A DNA stretch of 61,874 nt from Pseudoclavibacter sp. (GCA_030532485.1 JAUNLB010000001.1:1-61874); one strand, 5' to 3'; positions 9,059 through 18,813 are shown, numbered from the stretch's first letter. A program made the numbers and translations. The notes: a model not told the origin generated them from the sequence alone.

Positions 9059-10855
9059 CTATCGCTCGCCCCGGCGCCCCAGGAGCACATCGGCGAAGTC
9101 GTTCATGATCGCCGTGGGGGAGCCGTCGGGGTTCATCTCCATGTACTCGCCGTGCCGGTCGACCATTCCGGCCATGCTGTCGGGCGAGCTGGGGACGAAG
9201 TGGTTGCCGGGCCGCTCCACGACCCTGCGCTGCTGCGCGTCGAACTGCTCTTGCCGAGCAGCGGCCGCGGTCCCCGGACCCACCGGGCCCTGATCGGAGA
9301 GATGCTCGAACCCCTGCATCCTGGTCGGATTCGCCCCGAAGTTGCGGTCGGTCCCGACCCCCTGGACGATGTCGCCGGAGGGAACCGCAGAGACGTAGGG
9401 GGTGCCGGAGATGTTGTACTCCCGCACGTCGTGGACCCCCGAACCGGGCGAGCCGAAGAGCGTCACATCGTCGACGACCCCGTGCCGCACGTTCGCAGCC
9501 GCGATGCCGGTCGTGGTCGAGCCGTAGGAGTGGCCGAACATCGAGAGGTTCGCGTCCCCGGCCTCGGAGAGACTGCGGGAGGCGTGCATCCCCTCCACGA
9601 ATCCCTGCAGAGATGCTGCTCCCTCCTCGGCCCGGGCGGTCGAGAAGGTCGCCGGGTCGGTGGGACCGGTGGGAGCGTCGTAGCCGAGCCAGGCGATGGT
9701 CGCGACGCTCTCGCCGTTCCCCCTGGCACTGGCCGTGCTCTGCAGATCGTCCGCGAAACCGACGTAGTCGCGGAGGGTGTCGCGGACGTTCGTCTTGATG
9801 CCGGGAGTGAAGGTGGCGACGTGCTCCGCGCTGTCCGGGTCGCCGATCGCGACCGCGGCGTGCACCTGCCTGCCGCTCTCCGCATCGAGCAGGGCCAGGC
9901 GCATCTCGGGTCCGGGGTCCCCGCCGCCGGCGATCCGGGCGAAGCGGTTGTCGTCGCTCAGCAGACCGTCGATCTCCTGCAGATCCGCCAAACGATTCCG
10001 CGCCGACTGGAGTTCCTCCATCGCTCGCTGCCGCGACCAGGACTCGCCGGGGCCGCCGGGCAGCACGGAGATGCTGTTGTCCAGATACCTCTCGAGCCGG
10101 TCCACCTCGGCCTGCGCCTCCTCGATGAGCCGGGGCAGGCGGATCATGTTCGCCTCGTGCCGGGAGCCGATGTCGATCCCGTCGAGGTTGCCGATCGCGT
10201 CGGGGTGCTCGCGGATGATCCGCTGCCGTTCCTCGTCGCTCAGAGAGCTCCACCAGGCGGCCACTTCGGTCGGCGACCACGCGGAGTCGGGCAGGTCCGG
10301 CAGACCCTGCGAGGCCGAGGCGTGGTCCTCGCCGCTGTCGGCCTTCCCCTCGGCGACCTTCTCCAGCCGGCTCCGGTAGTCCGTGTCCACCTGGTTCGCG
10401 AACGTGACCGCTTCCCGGATCATCTCCTCCAGGCTCGCCTTGTCGCGGAGAGCCAAGGCGTACAGCACGGGGTCGTCCGCGCAGGCGGCCAGCCTCGCCG
10501 GGGAAATCATGACGCCGCCGCCGGGGAGGATGATCAGCTCGTGCATGGCCGCGAAGCTGTGGCACTCGTGCACCTTCGTCTGCAGCAGGGACACCCCGTC
10601 CGCCGCTTCCGCAGTGGCCATCATGAGCTCGGCCACCTGGTCGACGAGGCGGTCCGTCTCGCTCACACGGCGCGTGATGAATCCGCGGATCTCCTCCGGC
10701 GAGTCTCCCTGGGACTCGAAGCCCGCGCCGCTCGCGAACAGGGCGTCCGAGACGCCTTCGACGGCCGCTTTTCGGCCCTGGCACTCCCCGACCAGCGTCA
10801 GCAGGGCGTCCGGACGCCACTGCTCGGCCTGCTCCCAGCGCACCGCCACGGTCAC
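9059..10855 (-). CDS. Alpha/beta hydrolase (DUF1023-type lipase) with helical WXG100-like N-terminus; probable type VII secretion effector
   Basis: GHSYGS nucleophile elbow, AWLGYDAP, GSPGSG, IGNLDGI, EVAAWWSSLS. The GTG start overlaps the upstream stop (GTGA). Confidence 0.8.
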   Translation of the reverse strand: MTVAVRWEQAEQWRPDALLTLVGECQGRKAAVEGVSDALFASGAGFESQGDSPEEIRGFITRRVSETDRLVDQVAELMMATAEAADGVSLLQTKVHECHSFAAMHELIILPGGGVMISPARLAACADDPVLYALALRDKASLEEMIREAVTFANQVDTDYRSRLEKVAEGKADSGEDHASASQGLPDLPDSAWSPTEVAAWWSSLSDEERQRIIREHPDAIGNLDGIDIGSRHEANMIRLPRLIEEAQAEVDRLERYLDNSISVLPGGPGESWSRQRAMEELQSARNRLADLQEIDGLLSDDNRFARIAGGGDPGPEMRLALLDAESGRQVHAAVAIGDPDSAEHVATFTPGIKTNVRDTLRDYVGFADDLQSTASARGNGESVATIAWLGYDAPTGPTDPATFSTARAEEGAASLQGFVEGMHASRSLSEAGDANLSMFGHSYGSTTTGIAAANVRHGVVDDVTLFGSPGSGVHDVREYNISGTPYVSAVPSGDIVQGVGTDRNFGANPTRMQGFEHLSDQGPVGPGTAAAARQEQFDAQQRRVVERPGNHFVPSSPDSMAGMVDRHGEYMEMNPDGSPTAIMNDFADVLLGRRGER

Positions 10856-11169
10856 CACCCCGAAGCGGTCGAAACGGAGGCGAACCCTCGGGCGCACTGC
10901 TCGTCGAGCGCGGTGAACTCGCCGTCCAAGTCGGCGATGTCCTGGGAGGCGCCGCGGAGCAGCCGGACGATCTGGTCGATCTCCCGGTCCAGCGCCTCCC
11001 CGGACCGCTGCAGGACGGCGGAACTCGAGGCGCCGGGGATCGACGACGGGACCGCGGCGGCCGCAGCCTGGAAGCCCCTCTGCGACTCCAGGCCCGAGGC
11101 CGATTCGTCGATCTTTCCCGAGAGTGCGAGCAACTCGCCCTCGATGATCTCCAAGTACGGACCGGTCAT
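10852..11169 (-). CDS. Small (105 aa) helical WXG100/ESX-substrate-like protein
   Basis: About 100-aa helix-turn-helix size and amphipathic pattern, C-terminal FTALDE (YxxxD/E-like), GAAAGG RBS, translationally coupled to the hydrolase. Confidence 0.65.
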   Translation of the reverse strand: MTGPYLEIIEGELLALSGKIDESASGLESQRGFQAAAAAVPSSIPGASSSAVLQRSGEALDREIDQIVRLLRGASQDIADLDGEFTALDEQCARGFASVSTASGW

Positions 11170-11330
11170 GCCGCCCAAGCCCTTTCGCTCGCGTCGTTCT
11201 GGGGGGTCGGTGCCGCGGCACCCGCGCGAGCGGCAGCATATCAACGTATGATGATTTCATCAATCGTTCGGAGCGGAGCGTCCGCTCCTCGAGCGGGCCC
11301 GGGCGGCGATCCCCCCGCACGCCCGACGGC

Positions 11331-13484
11331 TCAGCGCAGCTCGAAGTCCGCGGCGCTCAGCTGCACGCCGTCGGGCACCGTCGCGAAGACGCGGGACGGC
11401 TCGGGTCCCGACCCGTCCGGGTCGAAGGACAGCGTGGCGCCGTTCTGAACGAGCCGCGTTTCGGGGGTCTCGGCGCCGGCCGTCGCGAACCATGCGCCGC
11501 CCGGCTCTCCGAAGACCACGCGGGGCAGCACGATCCGGTCCGCCTCCCCCTTCTCCCGGAAGTCCGCCAGGCGGTCGGCCTGCTCCCCGGGGGCCCCGGA
11601 GACGCCCGGTTGCACGACGAACACCCACGGATCGACGACGAAGCGGTCCGCCCCCTCGCCTCCCCACAGCTCGTCGGCGCCCTGGCCGCCGTGCAGCTCG
11701 TCCTCCCCGCCGCCGCCCTCGATCCGGTCCGCCCCGACCCCGCCGAAGATCACATTGCTCGATGCGTTGCCGTGCACCGTCACCCCGCTGCGGGCGATCA
11801 CCCGCAGCCGCTCCACGTCCCCCGGCATCCTCGCCTCGGCCACGCTCGCGTAGAGCGTGTCGCTCCCGTCGCCCCCGGAGATCGCGTCGTCGGCCGCATC
11901 CCAGACGAGGAGGTCGTCGCCGGCCCCGCCCCGCTCGATCCGCTCGTCGCGGTGGATCGTGCCGAAACCGCCCTGGGCGAACTCGATCTCCGGCGAGGGC
12001 AGACCGGGCAGAACGCCGCGGTGCTCCCGGATCGTCTCCGTGAACTCCGAGCCGGCCAGGCGGTTGCCGGCCACCGTCAGCCCCGTGATGCCGCCCACGA
12101 TCCGAGCCCGACCGCCCCGGTTCTCCGAGACGTCGGCGCCGAGGTAGACGATCGGCGCGTCCCCGCCCGCCGCGAGCAGCACGTTGTCGCGCACCGCGAC
12201 GTTCCGAAGCGGCCCCTGCCCGCCCGCGTAGTCGAGGAGCGTGCCGTCGGGCGCGGTGATCGTGCCGCTGCCCATGTAGGCGGCTCGGTTGATCTCCCCC
12301 TGGGCCGCGCGCGGGGCGGCCGAGCGGCCGTCCCAGAGGGCTTCGATCCCGACGACCGCGCCGCCGGCCGGGGCGGAGACGATGTTCCGCTCGAAGACCG
12401 TCCCGTGCGAGTCGGTGGCCGTGTAGAGCACCCAGTAGGGGCGGGCCCCGCCCGCGGCCACGACGACGTTGTCGGCGAAGACGTTGTCGTCGCTGCCCTG
12501 ATAGGCCTGCAGGAGCCCCTGTCCGGTGGCCCGGTGGGTGACGATCGTGTTGCCCTCCACCCGGTTGCCGTCCGAGTCGTAGGCGATGTGCACGCCGGAG
12601 GAGACGCTCTCGCCGAAGGAGTTCCCGCTCACGGTGTTGCCGCTCGAGCGGTTCTGCATCGACAGGTTCCGCACGTTGTCCGTCACCAGGTTCCCGGAGA
12701 CGGTGCCGCCGCTCACCCCGCTCAGGCCGATGCCGTAGTAGCCGCCGACGATCGTGTTGCCCGAGATCTCGGCCCCGTGGTTGACGTGCCGGTTGCCGCT
12801 CACCGTGCCGTCCTGCGCATAGCGCTTCCACACGGGCCGGCCGGGCTCGAGGGACACCGCGGAGACCTTGATCGACTCGGCCCCGGGCTTCTTCGGATCG
12901 CCCCGCTCCCCCTCGATGCGGTTCCCGGTGATCCGCAGCCCCTCCACCGGCCCGTTCCCGGCGACCACCTCGATGCCGTGCGTGTCCAGACCGGTGATCC
13001 GGTTGTCCCGGATCGTCGGGTTGAACGCGGCGTTGGCGTACACGCCCTTGGTGCCCGGGGAGTCGGCCAGGTCGATCACGAGGTTCGCGACCACCGTGTC
13101 CCGGGAGCGGCTCGCGAGCTCCACCGCGACGGGGCGGCCTCCGCTCAGCGCCACGTCCAGGGTGGCGCCGTTGCCGTCGAGGAAGGGCACCTCGTCGGGG
13201 ATCAGGAGCCCCCGCGAGAGCGGGTAGACGGCGCCGGGCGCCAGGCGGAGCCCGGCGCCGCGGCGCTTCGCCTCCGCCAACGCCTCGCGCAGCGTCGCCT
13301 CGTCCCGGCTCGCGGAGCCGGCGAGCTCGACCGCCTCGCCGGGGACCGGACCGCTCCCGCGCGGCAGGCCCGCGGCCGCGGGCGGGGAGGCGGGACCCGC
13401 CGCCTGCAGCGCCCCGGGGCCCGCCAGGCAGGCACCGAGCACGACGGAAGCGGCGAGCATCGAGCGCAGCCGGGACGACATCAT
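11331..13484 (-). CDS. Secreted right-handed parallel beta-helix protein with C-terminal RTX Ca-binding repeats
   Basis: N-terminal signal peptide; PbH1-type repeats (ISGNTIVGG, VSGNLVTDN, VEGNTIV); nonapeptides GGAGDDLLV, GGDGSDTLY, GGVGADRIE, GGGGEDELH, GGQGADELW, GGEGADRFV. Confidence 0.85.
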   Translation of the reverse strand: MMSSRLRSMLAASVVLGACLAGPGALQAAGPASPPAAAGLPRGSGPVPGEAVELAGSASRDEATLREALAEAKRRGAGLRLAPGAVYPLSRGLLIPDEVPFLDGNGATLDVALSGGRPVAVELASRSRDTVVANLVIDLADSPGTKGVYANAAFNPTIRDNRITGLDTHGIEVVAGNGPVEGLRITGNRIEGERGDPKKPGAESIKVSAVSLEPGRPVWKRYAQDGTVSGNRHVNHGAEISGNTIVGGYYGIGLSGVSGGTVSGNLVTDNVRNLSMQNRSSGNTVSGNSFGESVSSGVHIAYDSDGNRVEGNTIVTHRATGQGLLQAYQGSDDNVFADNVVVAAGGARPYWVLYTATDSHGTVFERNIVSAPAGGAVVGIEALWDGRSAAPRAAQGEINRAAYMGSGTITAPDGTLLDYAGGQGPLRNVAVRDNVLLAAGGDAPIVYLGADVSENRGGRARIVGGITGLTVAGNRLAGSEFTETIREHRGVLPGLPSPEIEFAQGGFGTIHRDERIERGGAGDDLLVWDAADDAISGGDGSDTLYASVAEARMPGDVERLRVIARSGVTVHGNASSNVIFGGVGADRIEGGGGEDELHGGQGADELWGGEGADRFVVDPWVFVVQPGVSGAPGEQADRLADFREKGEADRIVLPRVVFGEPGGAWFATAGAETPETRLVQNGATLSFDPDGSGPEPSRVFATVPDGVQLSAADFELR

Positions 13485-13724
13485 CCGGGTCCTCCGTTCC
13501 GCGGGCGGGCCCGCGCGGCCCCGCCGACACCTCGCGAATGTACCCGGGCGCGCGCGCCGGTCCCGCGTGTCCGCCGCGGGTATGGAACCGGACCCGGTCC
13601 ACGGCGCGCTCCGATCGCCTTCGCGGCGCCTGCGCGATCTGGACGTCGGCGAGACCCGGTCCCGGCGAGTTTCGGGAGTCTCTTCTCCCCGTTCGCCGGC
13701 CGAGGAACGGGGATCAGGTCCGTC

Positions 13725-13985
13725 TCATGCGCGGTCATGCGCGCGGTGCGCCGCTCTCTTTCCGTTCGCCGGCCGGGGAGAGCTGTGCGGGGCCTCCGCG
13801 CGGAGCTGCGGGTCGGACAGGGCAGGCGCGTCTTGCGCGTTCGTCCGCTCCAGCCGTCTCCGAAAGACCCGGAGTCGAGCCGCCGAATCGATCTGGAAGG
13901 AGTCCCCCGGCGCCGTCATGCGCAGGGGTGGCGGGAACAGCCTCTGCGCCTGCGCCGGTGTCATCATCGTGTTCTCGCCGTTCAT
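13725..13985 (-). CDS. Possible small hypothetical protein (86 aa)
   Basis: ATG preceded by GGAGG/GGGAG; fills the gap between two minus-strand genes. No motif recognised. Confidence 0.3.
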   Translation of the reverse strand: MNGENTMMTPAQAQRLFPPPLRMTAPGDSFQIDSAARLRVFRRRLERTNAQDAPALSDPQLRAEAPHSSPRPANGKRAAHRAHDRA

Positions 13986-14061
13986 GACTCCCGAACCTCC
14001 GTTCTCGGTCCCGTTCCCGCACGGCGCTCCCGACGGCCTCCTCGCCCCGTGCGACCACGGC

Positions 14062-15600
14062 TCAGCCGGTCTGCGCGGGCGGGGCGAAGGCGATCATGCC
14101 CTCGGGGCCCGCCACCACGTAGGGCCCTCCCGGCTTGAAGCCGGCCAGCAGCAGGCCCGCGGTGCTCGGCCCGCCGCCGGGCACCTCGGAGCCGTCGGCC
14201 GTGCACACCGAACGGGTCCGCACGACCGTGTAGGGCCACATCCGCCCCTGCGCCCAGCCGCTCAGCAGGCGCACCCGGGAGTCCCCGTTCCACTCGAAGG
14301 GCTCCAGGCACAGCAGCCCGGTGAGCGGCAGGGGGCGGATCGCCCCGCTCGCCGGGTCCACGAGGTGTGCGGCGCCGTCCAGGTGCACGAGCGGCCGCTC
14401 CGGGTGGGAGACCGTGTTCGCATCGCCCGTGTTGGTGACGACGTCCGGCTGCTTCGCGTCGATCGGGAGCTCCCAGCGGATCTCGCCCGTCGTCCGGTCC
14501 ACGCCGACGAGCTCGACGTCGAAGTTCTCGTAGGACTCGCCGACGACCTCCCGGTTCCGCCACTGGATCGTGTGCACCCCGGAATTGAAGCGGCAGGCGA
14601 CGACCACCTCCCCGGAGGCCGTCAGCCCGGCCGCCGCGGGGCAGGGGCCCACGCCCTCCAGCGTCCAGAGGGTGCCCCCGGTCCGCCGGTCGAAGCCGCC
14701 CATGCGGTGCTCGGCGTAGTCGTAGGGGATCTCGGCGTCGACGCCCGTGACGTCCCAGATCTGCCGGGCCGTGCCGACGATCGGGTAGCGCTCGTCGTCG
14801 TCGAGCCAGCTGTCCTCGAACGCCCCGCGGAAGCTGCCGAGCAGGGAACCGAACATCTCCCGGAAGCCGCGGGTCCACAGGACCTCCCCGTCCCGGGCGT
14901 AGCCGACGGAGAGGTCGAACTCGTCTTCGCCGGCCGTCTCGAAGGTGTAGTCGCCCAGCGCGACACCGGATCCGCCGGGCGCCTCGCGCCCGCTCGGAGC
15001 GAAGCGACCACTCGCCGGGTCGTAGCGCAGGACCCGCAGTCCCGTCGCATGGGGCAGAGCGCCCAGGCAGTAGCCGTCGTCGCACGCCACCGGCCGCGGG
15101 TGCCGGCCCGGCTGGCCGCTCGCGATCCGCTCGCCGCTGCGGGCGTCGACCACGACCGGGACGCTCTCGCTCGGGCCGCTCCCCTCCCGGGCGAGATAGG
15201 CGACCGTCGCCCGACCCTCGATCGTGTTCGCCGCCACCCGGAACGGCCGTTCCGGGAAGTCGGTGCCGGTGACCGACTCGGCGCTCCACAGCTCCTGGCC
15301 GGTCGCGGCGTCCCGGGCCACGAGCCCCACCAGTCCCCGGCCCGTGTGCACGTAGGCGAGCGCGACCCCGTCGGCGACCAGGACCGGGCCGATGAGCTCC
15401 TCCTCGCTGGTCCAGGCCACGGGGTTCGGCTCGTTCCAGACCGCCTCCTCGTCGAGCGAGGGGGCGCCTGGGCCCGTCCGCTGGGGGTCGCCGGAGCAGC
15501 CGCTCAGCACGGCCGCCGCGACGCAGGCGAGCGCGAGCGCCGAAACGGCCCGGCGACGGCCCGATCGAGGAGCACTGCGCCTGGATGCCTCCGTCTTCAT
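14062..15600 (-). CDS. Lipoprotein with PQQ-like beta-propeller repeats
   Basis: Lipobox LSGC after a basic/hydrophobic leader; repeats DAATGQELW, DRRTGGTLW, DRTTGEIRW. Confidence 0.8.
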   Translation of the reverse strand: MKTEASRRSAPRSGRRRAVSALALACVAAAVLSGCSGDPQRTGPGAPSLDEEAVWNEPNPVAWTSEEELIGPVLVADGVALAYVHTGRGLVGLVARDAATGQELWSAESVTGTDFPERPFRVAANTIEGRATVAYLAREGSGPSESVPVVVDARSGERIASGQPGRHPRPVACDDGYCLGALPHATGLRVLRYDPASGRFAPSGREAPGGSGVALGDYTFETAGEDEFDLSVGYARDGEVLWTRGFREMFGSLLGSFRGAFEDSWLDDDERYPIVGTARQIWDVTGVDAEIPYDYAEHRMGGFDRRTGGTLWTLEGVGPCPAAAGLTASGEVVVACRFNSGVHTIQWRNREVVGESYENFDVELVGVDRTTGEIRWELPIDAKQPDVVTNTGDANTVSHPERPLVHLDGAAHLVDPASGAIRPLPLTGLLCLEPFEWNGDSRVRLLSGWAQGRMWPYTVVRTRSVCTADGSEVPGGGPSTAGLLLAGFKPGGPYVVAGPEGMIAFAPPAQTG

Positions 15601-15948
15601 CTTCTCCCCCGGGTCCGGACCGCTCCTCGCGGCGTCCACATCGGCCTCCTCGCCGTGTTCCCGGACGAGCCTAGCGGCTCGGACGCCGTCCGCGCCGAGA
15701 TGTCGTCACCTCGATGTCCGGACCGGCACGGCGCCCGGGCCTTCGGCGAGTCCGGCGCCGCCCGCGAGCCGGACCGGCGGCAGGTCTCCGAGCTGCGCGG
15801 CCGCTTCGGGGCCGAGCACCGGGCCGAGTCCTCCGCGGAGCTGCAGCAGCGTCCAGATCCGCGGCCCGGAACGAACGCGCCGTCGATGTCGGCTCCCGCC
15901 GGAGGCCCCGGAGTAGTAGGAGTATCGCGCCGGCCCGACCATGCGAGA

Positions 15949-15975
15949 GGCCCGCCCGGACGAACCGGGCGGGCC
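15949..15975 (-). terminator. Hairpin downstream of tRNA-Leu
   Basis: GGCCCGCCCGG-ACGAA-CCGGGCGGGCC, 11-bp stem. Confidence 0.55.
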
Positions 15976-15987
15976 GGCCGCTGCGGG

Positions 15988-16071
15988 TGCGCGAGGGGGG
16001 AGTTGAACCCCCACGCCCTCACGGGCACACGGACCTGAACCGTGCGCGTCTGCCTATTCCGCCACTCGCGC
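15988..16071 (-). tRNA. tRNA-Leu(CAG)
   Basis: GCGCGAGTGGCGGAATAGGCAGACGCG...TTCAGGT...GGTTCAACTCC...CTCGCGCA with long variable arm; canonical position next to fhaA. Confidence 0.97.
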
Positions 16072-16305
16072 GCAACTCCACGACCATATCAGAGCCGGGG
16101 CGGGGTGGCGCAAACCGGCGCGCGGGTTTCCCGCCCACCGGCGCGCTCGAATACGCGATTCGAGAACTGTCGGGCTAGCATGCAGGGAGCATCGGCGTAC
16201 CGACGGCCCGTGTGCCTCACGGTCCCGGCACGCCGCCCGCGAGCCGCCCCGGCGGCCCGCGGGCGCCCGTCCGACCGATATGCGCACTCACCCCCCGGGA
16301 GTCAT

Positions 16306-17019
16306 ATGGGAATCCTCGACCGCCTCGAACGAGGCCTCGAGCGCTTCTTCAATGGCGCCTTCGCGAAGACCTTCCGCTCGGGGGTGCAGCCGATCGAGAT
16401 CAGCGCCGCGCTCAAGCGCGAACTGGACACCCAGGCCGAGGTCGTCTCCCGCGAGCGGGTGCTCGTCCCCAACCGCTTCCACGTCAACCTCTCCAGCGTC
16501 GACTACGACAAGATGACCGCGCTGGGCCGCAGCCTCACCGACGAGCTGCTGCAGGTGGTGGAACGGCACGCCGCGCAGCAGCGCTACCAGTTCCCCGGCG
16601 GGCTGAGCATCAAGCTGCTGGAGGACGGCTCGCTGCGCGAGGGGCAGCTGCAGATCGACTCCCGCAGCGTTCAGGGCCAGGTGGCCTGGACCCCGGTGCT
16701 GGACATCGACGGCCGGCGCATCCCCCTGCGGCGCGGCAGCACCGTCATCGGCCGCGGCTCCGACGCCGACATCACGATCGGCGACTCGGGCGCGTCCCGA
16801 CGACACGCGGAGCTCGTGTGGAACGGCAAACGGGCGGGGCTGCGCGACCTGGGCTCCACCAACGGGACCAAGGTGAACGGCAGGCGGGTGCGCGAGGCCG
16901 CGCTGGAGCCGGACTCGGTCATCCAGATCGGCGAGCACAGCATGACCTTCCGGGTCGTCCCGCAGGCGCCGCCGAGCGACGAGACGGGGTACATCCCCAG
17001 TCAGCGGGGTCCGCGATGA
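16306..17019 (+). CDS. fhaA: DUF3662 + FHA domain protein
   Basis: MGILDRLERGLE...FRSGVQPIEI; FHA motifs IGRG, ASRRHA, DLGSTNGT. Confidence 0.92.
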   Translation: MGILDRLERGLERFFNGAFAKTFRSGVQPIEISAALKRELDTQAEVVSRERVLVPNRFHVNLSSVDYDKMTALGRSLTDELLQVVERHAAQQRYQFPGGLSIKLLEDGSLREGQLQIDSRSVQGQVAWTPVLDIDGRRIPLRRGSTVIGRGSDADITIGDSGASRRHAELVWNGKRAGLRDLGSTNGTKVNGRRVREAALEPDSVIQIGEHSMTFRVVPQAPPSDETGYIPSQRGPR

Positions 17020-17564
17020 CCGGAGAGCTCACCCTGTTCGTGCTGCGGCTCGCCTTCCTGGCGGTGCTGTGGATCTTCGTGTTCTCGGTCATCTACGCCC
17101 TGCGCAGCGACCTGTTCGGCACCAGGGCCGGCGAGTACCGGATGCGGGTGGAGCAGTCCCGGCAGCAGACCTTCGGGGCCGCCGAGGAGGCGAGCCCGCG
17201 GCCGGAACCCGTCATGGCCGCCGCGGCCGGCGCGCGAGAGCCGTCGCGCCCCGCCGCCCCGCCGCCCGCCGCCGGACGGCCCAGCCGTCTGGTGATCACC
17301 TCCGGGCCCCGCCGGGGGACCGAGATCCCGCTGGCCGCGGAACCGCTGAGCATCGGCCGCGCCCGCGACTCCGGCCTGGTGATCCAGGACGACTACACCT
17401 CCACCCGACACGCCCGTCTGCTGCTGTGGGACGAGCAGTGGATGATCCAGGACCTCGACTCCACCAACGGCACCTTCGTGGCCGGCGAGCGGGTCGACCA
17501 GCCGACCCCGCTGCACGCCGGCACCCCGGTGCGCATCGGCACGACCACCTTCGAGCTGCGGTGA
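17016..17564 (+). CDS. fhaB: Membrane-anchored FHA domain protein (FhaB/FipA)
   Basis: N-terminal TM LRLAFLAVLWIFV; STRHARL, DLDSTNGT. Confidence 0.92.
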   Translation: MTGELTLFVLRLAFLAVLWIFVFSVIYALRSDLFGTRAGEYRMRVEQSRQQTFGAAEEASPRPEPVMAAAAGAREPSRPAAPPPAAGRPSRLVITSGPRRGTEIPLAAEPLSIGRARDSGLVIQDDYTSTRHARLLLWDEQWMIQDLDSTNGTFVAGERVDQPTPLHAGTPVRIGTTTFELR

Positions 17565-17565
17565 T

Positions 17566-18813
17566 ATGAGCATCATCTCGCGCGCAGACGCCGTCTCCCA
17601 CGTCGGCCGAGTCCGATCCAACAACCAGGACTCGGCCTTCATCGGCGAGCATCTCTTCGTGGTCGCCGACGGCATGGGCGGGCACGCCGGCGGGGACGTG
17701 GCCAGCGCGATCGCGGCGAAGCACTACGCCGAGCACGACGAGGCCTTCGCCTCGGTGGAGGAGGCCCAGGCGGGGCTGCGACGCCTCCTGGTGGACAGCA
17801 ACACGCTCATCACCGACGCCGTCGCCGAGCACGCCGAACTGCGCGGCATGGGCACGACCTCCAGCGCCGCGACCCTGGTGGGCGACAAGATCGTGCTCGG
17901 CCACATCGGCGACTCCCGCGTCTACCGCCTGCACCGCGGCCGCTTCAGCCAGGAGACCGTCGACCACACCTTCGTGCAGCGCCTCGTGGACGCGGGCCGC
18001 ATCACCCCGGAGGAGGCGCTTACCCACCCCCGCCGATCGGTGCTCATGCGCGTGCTCGGCGATGTGGAGACCGAGCCGGAGGTGGACACGATCGTCGTGG
18101 ACGCCGTGGACGGGGACCGCTGGCTGCTGTGCTCCGACGGCCTGTCCAGCTACGTGGACGAGGAGCGGATCGCCCGCGTGCTCGGCCGCCAGGCCCACTC
18201 CAGCCGGGAGATCGCCGACGACCTGGTGCAGCTGGCCCTGGACGAGGGGGCGCCGGACAACGTCACCGTCGTCGTGCTCGAGGTCGGGCCCGAGCCCTTG
18301 GAGGACCTCGAGCCCAAGCTCGTCGGCTCCGCGATCAACCCGCTGCGCTACACCTCCCGCAAGCAGCGGCGGCAATCGCAGCTGCTGCCGGCGATCCTGC
18401 ACCCGCTGCGGCGCCAGCCCCGGCCGGAGGACGAGGAGTACGTCCCGCCCAGCGACGAGTTCCTGGAGCAGCTGATCGCCGAGGACCGCAAGCGGCAGCG
18501 CATGCGGCGGCTGTGGTGGCTCGCCGCCGTGGTGCTCGTGCTGGGGCTGCTCGCGGGTGCCGTGGGCATGATGTACGCGTGGACGCAGGACCAGTACTAC
18601 GTGGGCGAGGCGAACGGGCACGTCGCGATCTATCGCGGCGTGCAGCAGGACGTGGGCCCGGTGGGGCTGCACGAGGTGGTCGAGGTGACCGATATCCCCG
18701 TCTCCTCGCTGCCGGAGTTCCAGCGCATGCAGGTGCAGTCGACCATCTCCTGCGGCTCCCTGGACGAGGCCAGACGGCTCGTGGAACGGTTGCGTGATGT
18801 CTCCGTCCCCTAG
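17566..18813 (+). CDS. pstP: PP2C-family Ser/Thr phosphatase
   Basis: RSNNQD, VADGMGGH, LCSDGL, DNVT; C-terminal TM and extracellular domain. Confidence 0.93.
   Translation: MSIISRADAVSHVGRVRSNNQDSAFIGEHLFVVADGMGGHAGGDVASAIAAKHYAEHDEAFASVEEAQAGLRRLLVDSNTLITDAVAEHAELRGMGTTSSAATLVGDKIVLGHIGDSRVYRLHRGRFSQETVDHTFVQRLVDAGRITPEEALTHPRRSVLMRVLGDVETEPEVDTIVVDAVDGDRWLLCSDGLSSYVDEERIARVLGRQAHSSREIADDLVQLALDEGAPDNVTVVVLEVGPEPLEDLEPKLVGSAINPLRYTSRKQRRQSQLLPAILHPLRRQPRPEDEEYVPPSDEFLEQLIAEDRKRQRMRRLWWLAAVVLVLGLLAGAVGMMYAWTQDQYYVGEANGHVAIYRGVQQDVGPVGLHEVVEVTDIPVSSLPEFQRMQVQSTISCGSLDEARRLVERLRDVSVP

Noticed and set aside
9059-11320. 753-aa version of the hydrolase
   Set aside because: The upstream extension overlaps the small WXG-like gene; the GTGA-coupled start at 10855 is more plausible.
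15988-16071. Integrative element at tRNA-Leu (or at tRNA-Ala, 50291-50363)
   Set aside because: No integrase and no duplicated tRNA 3' end (att site) was seen in the window.
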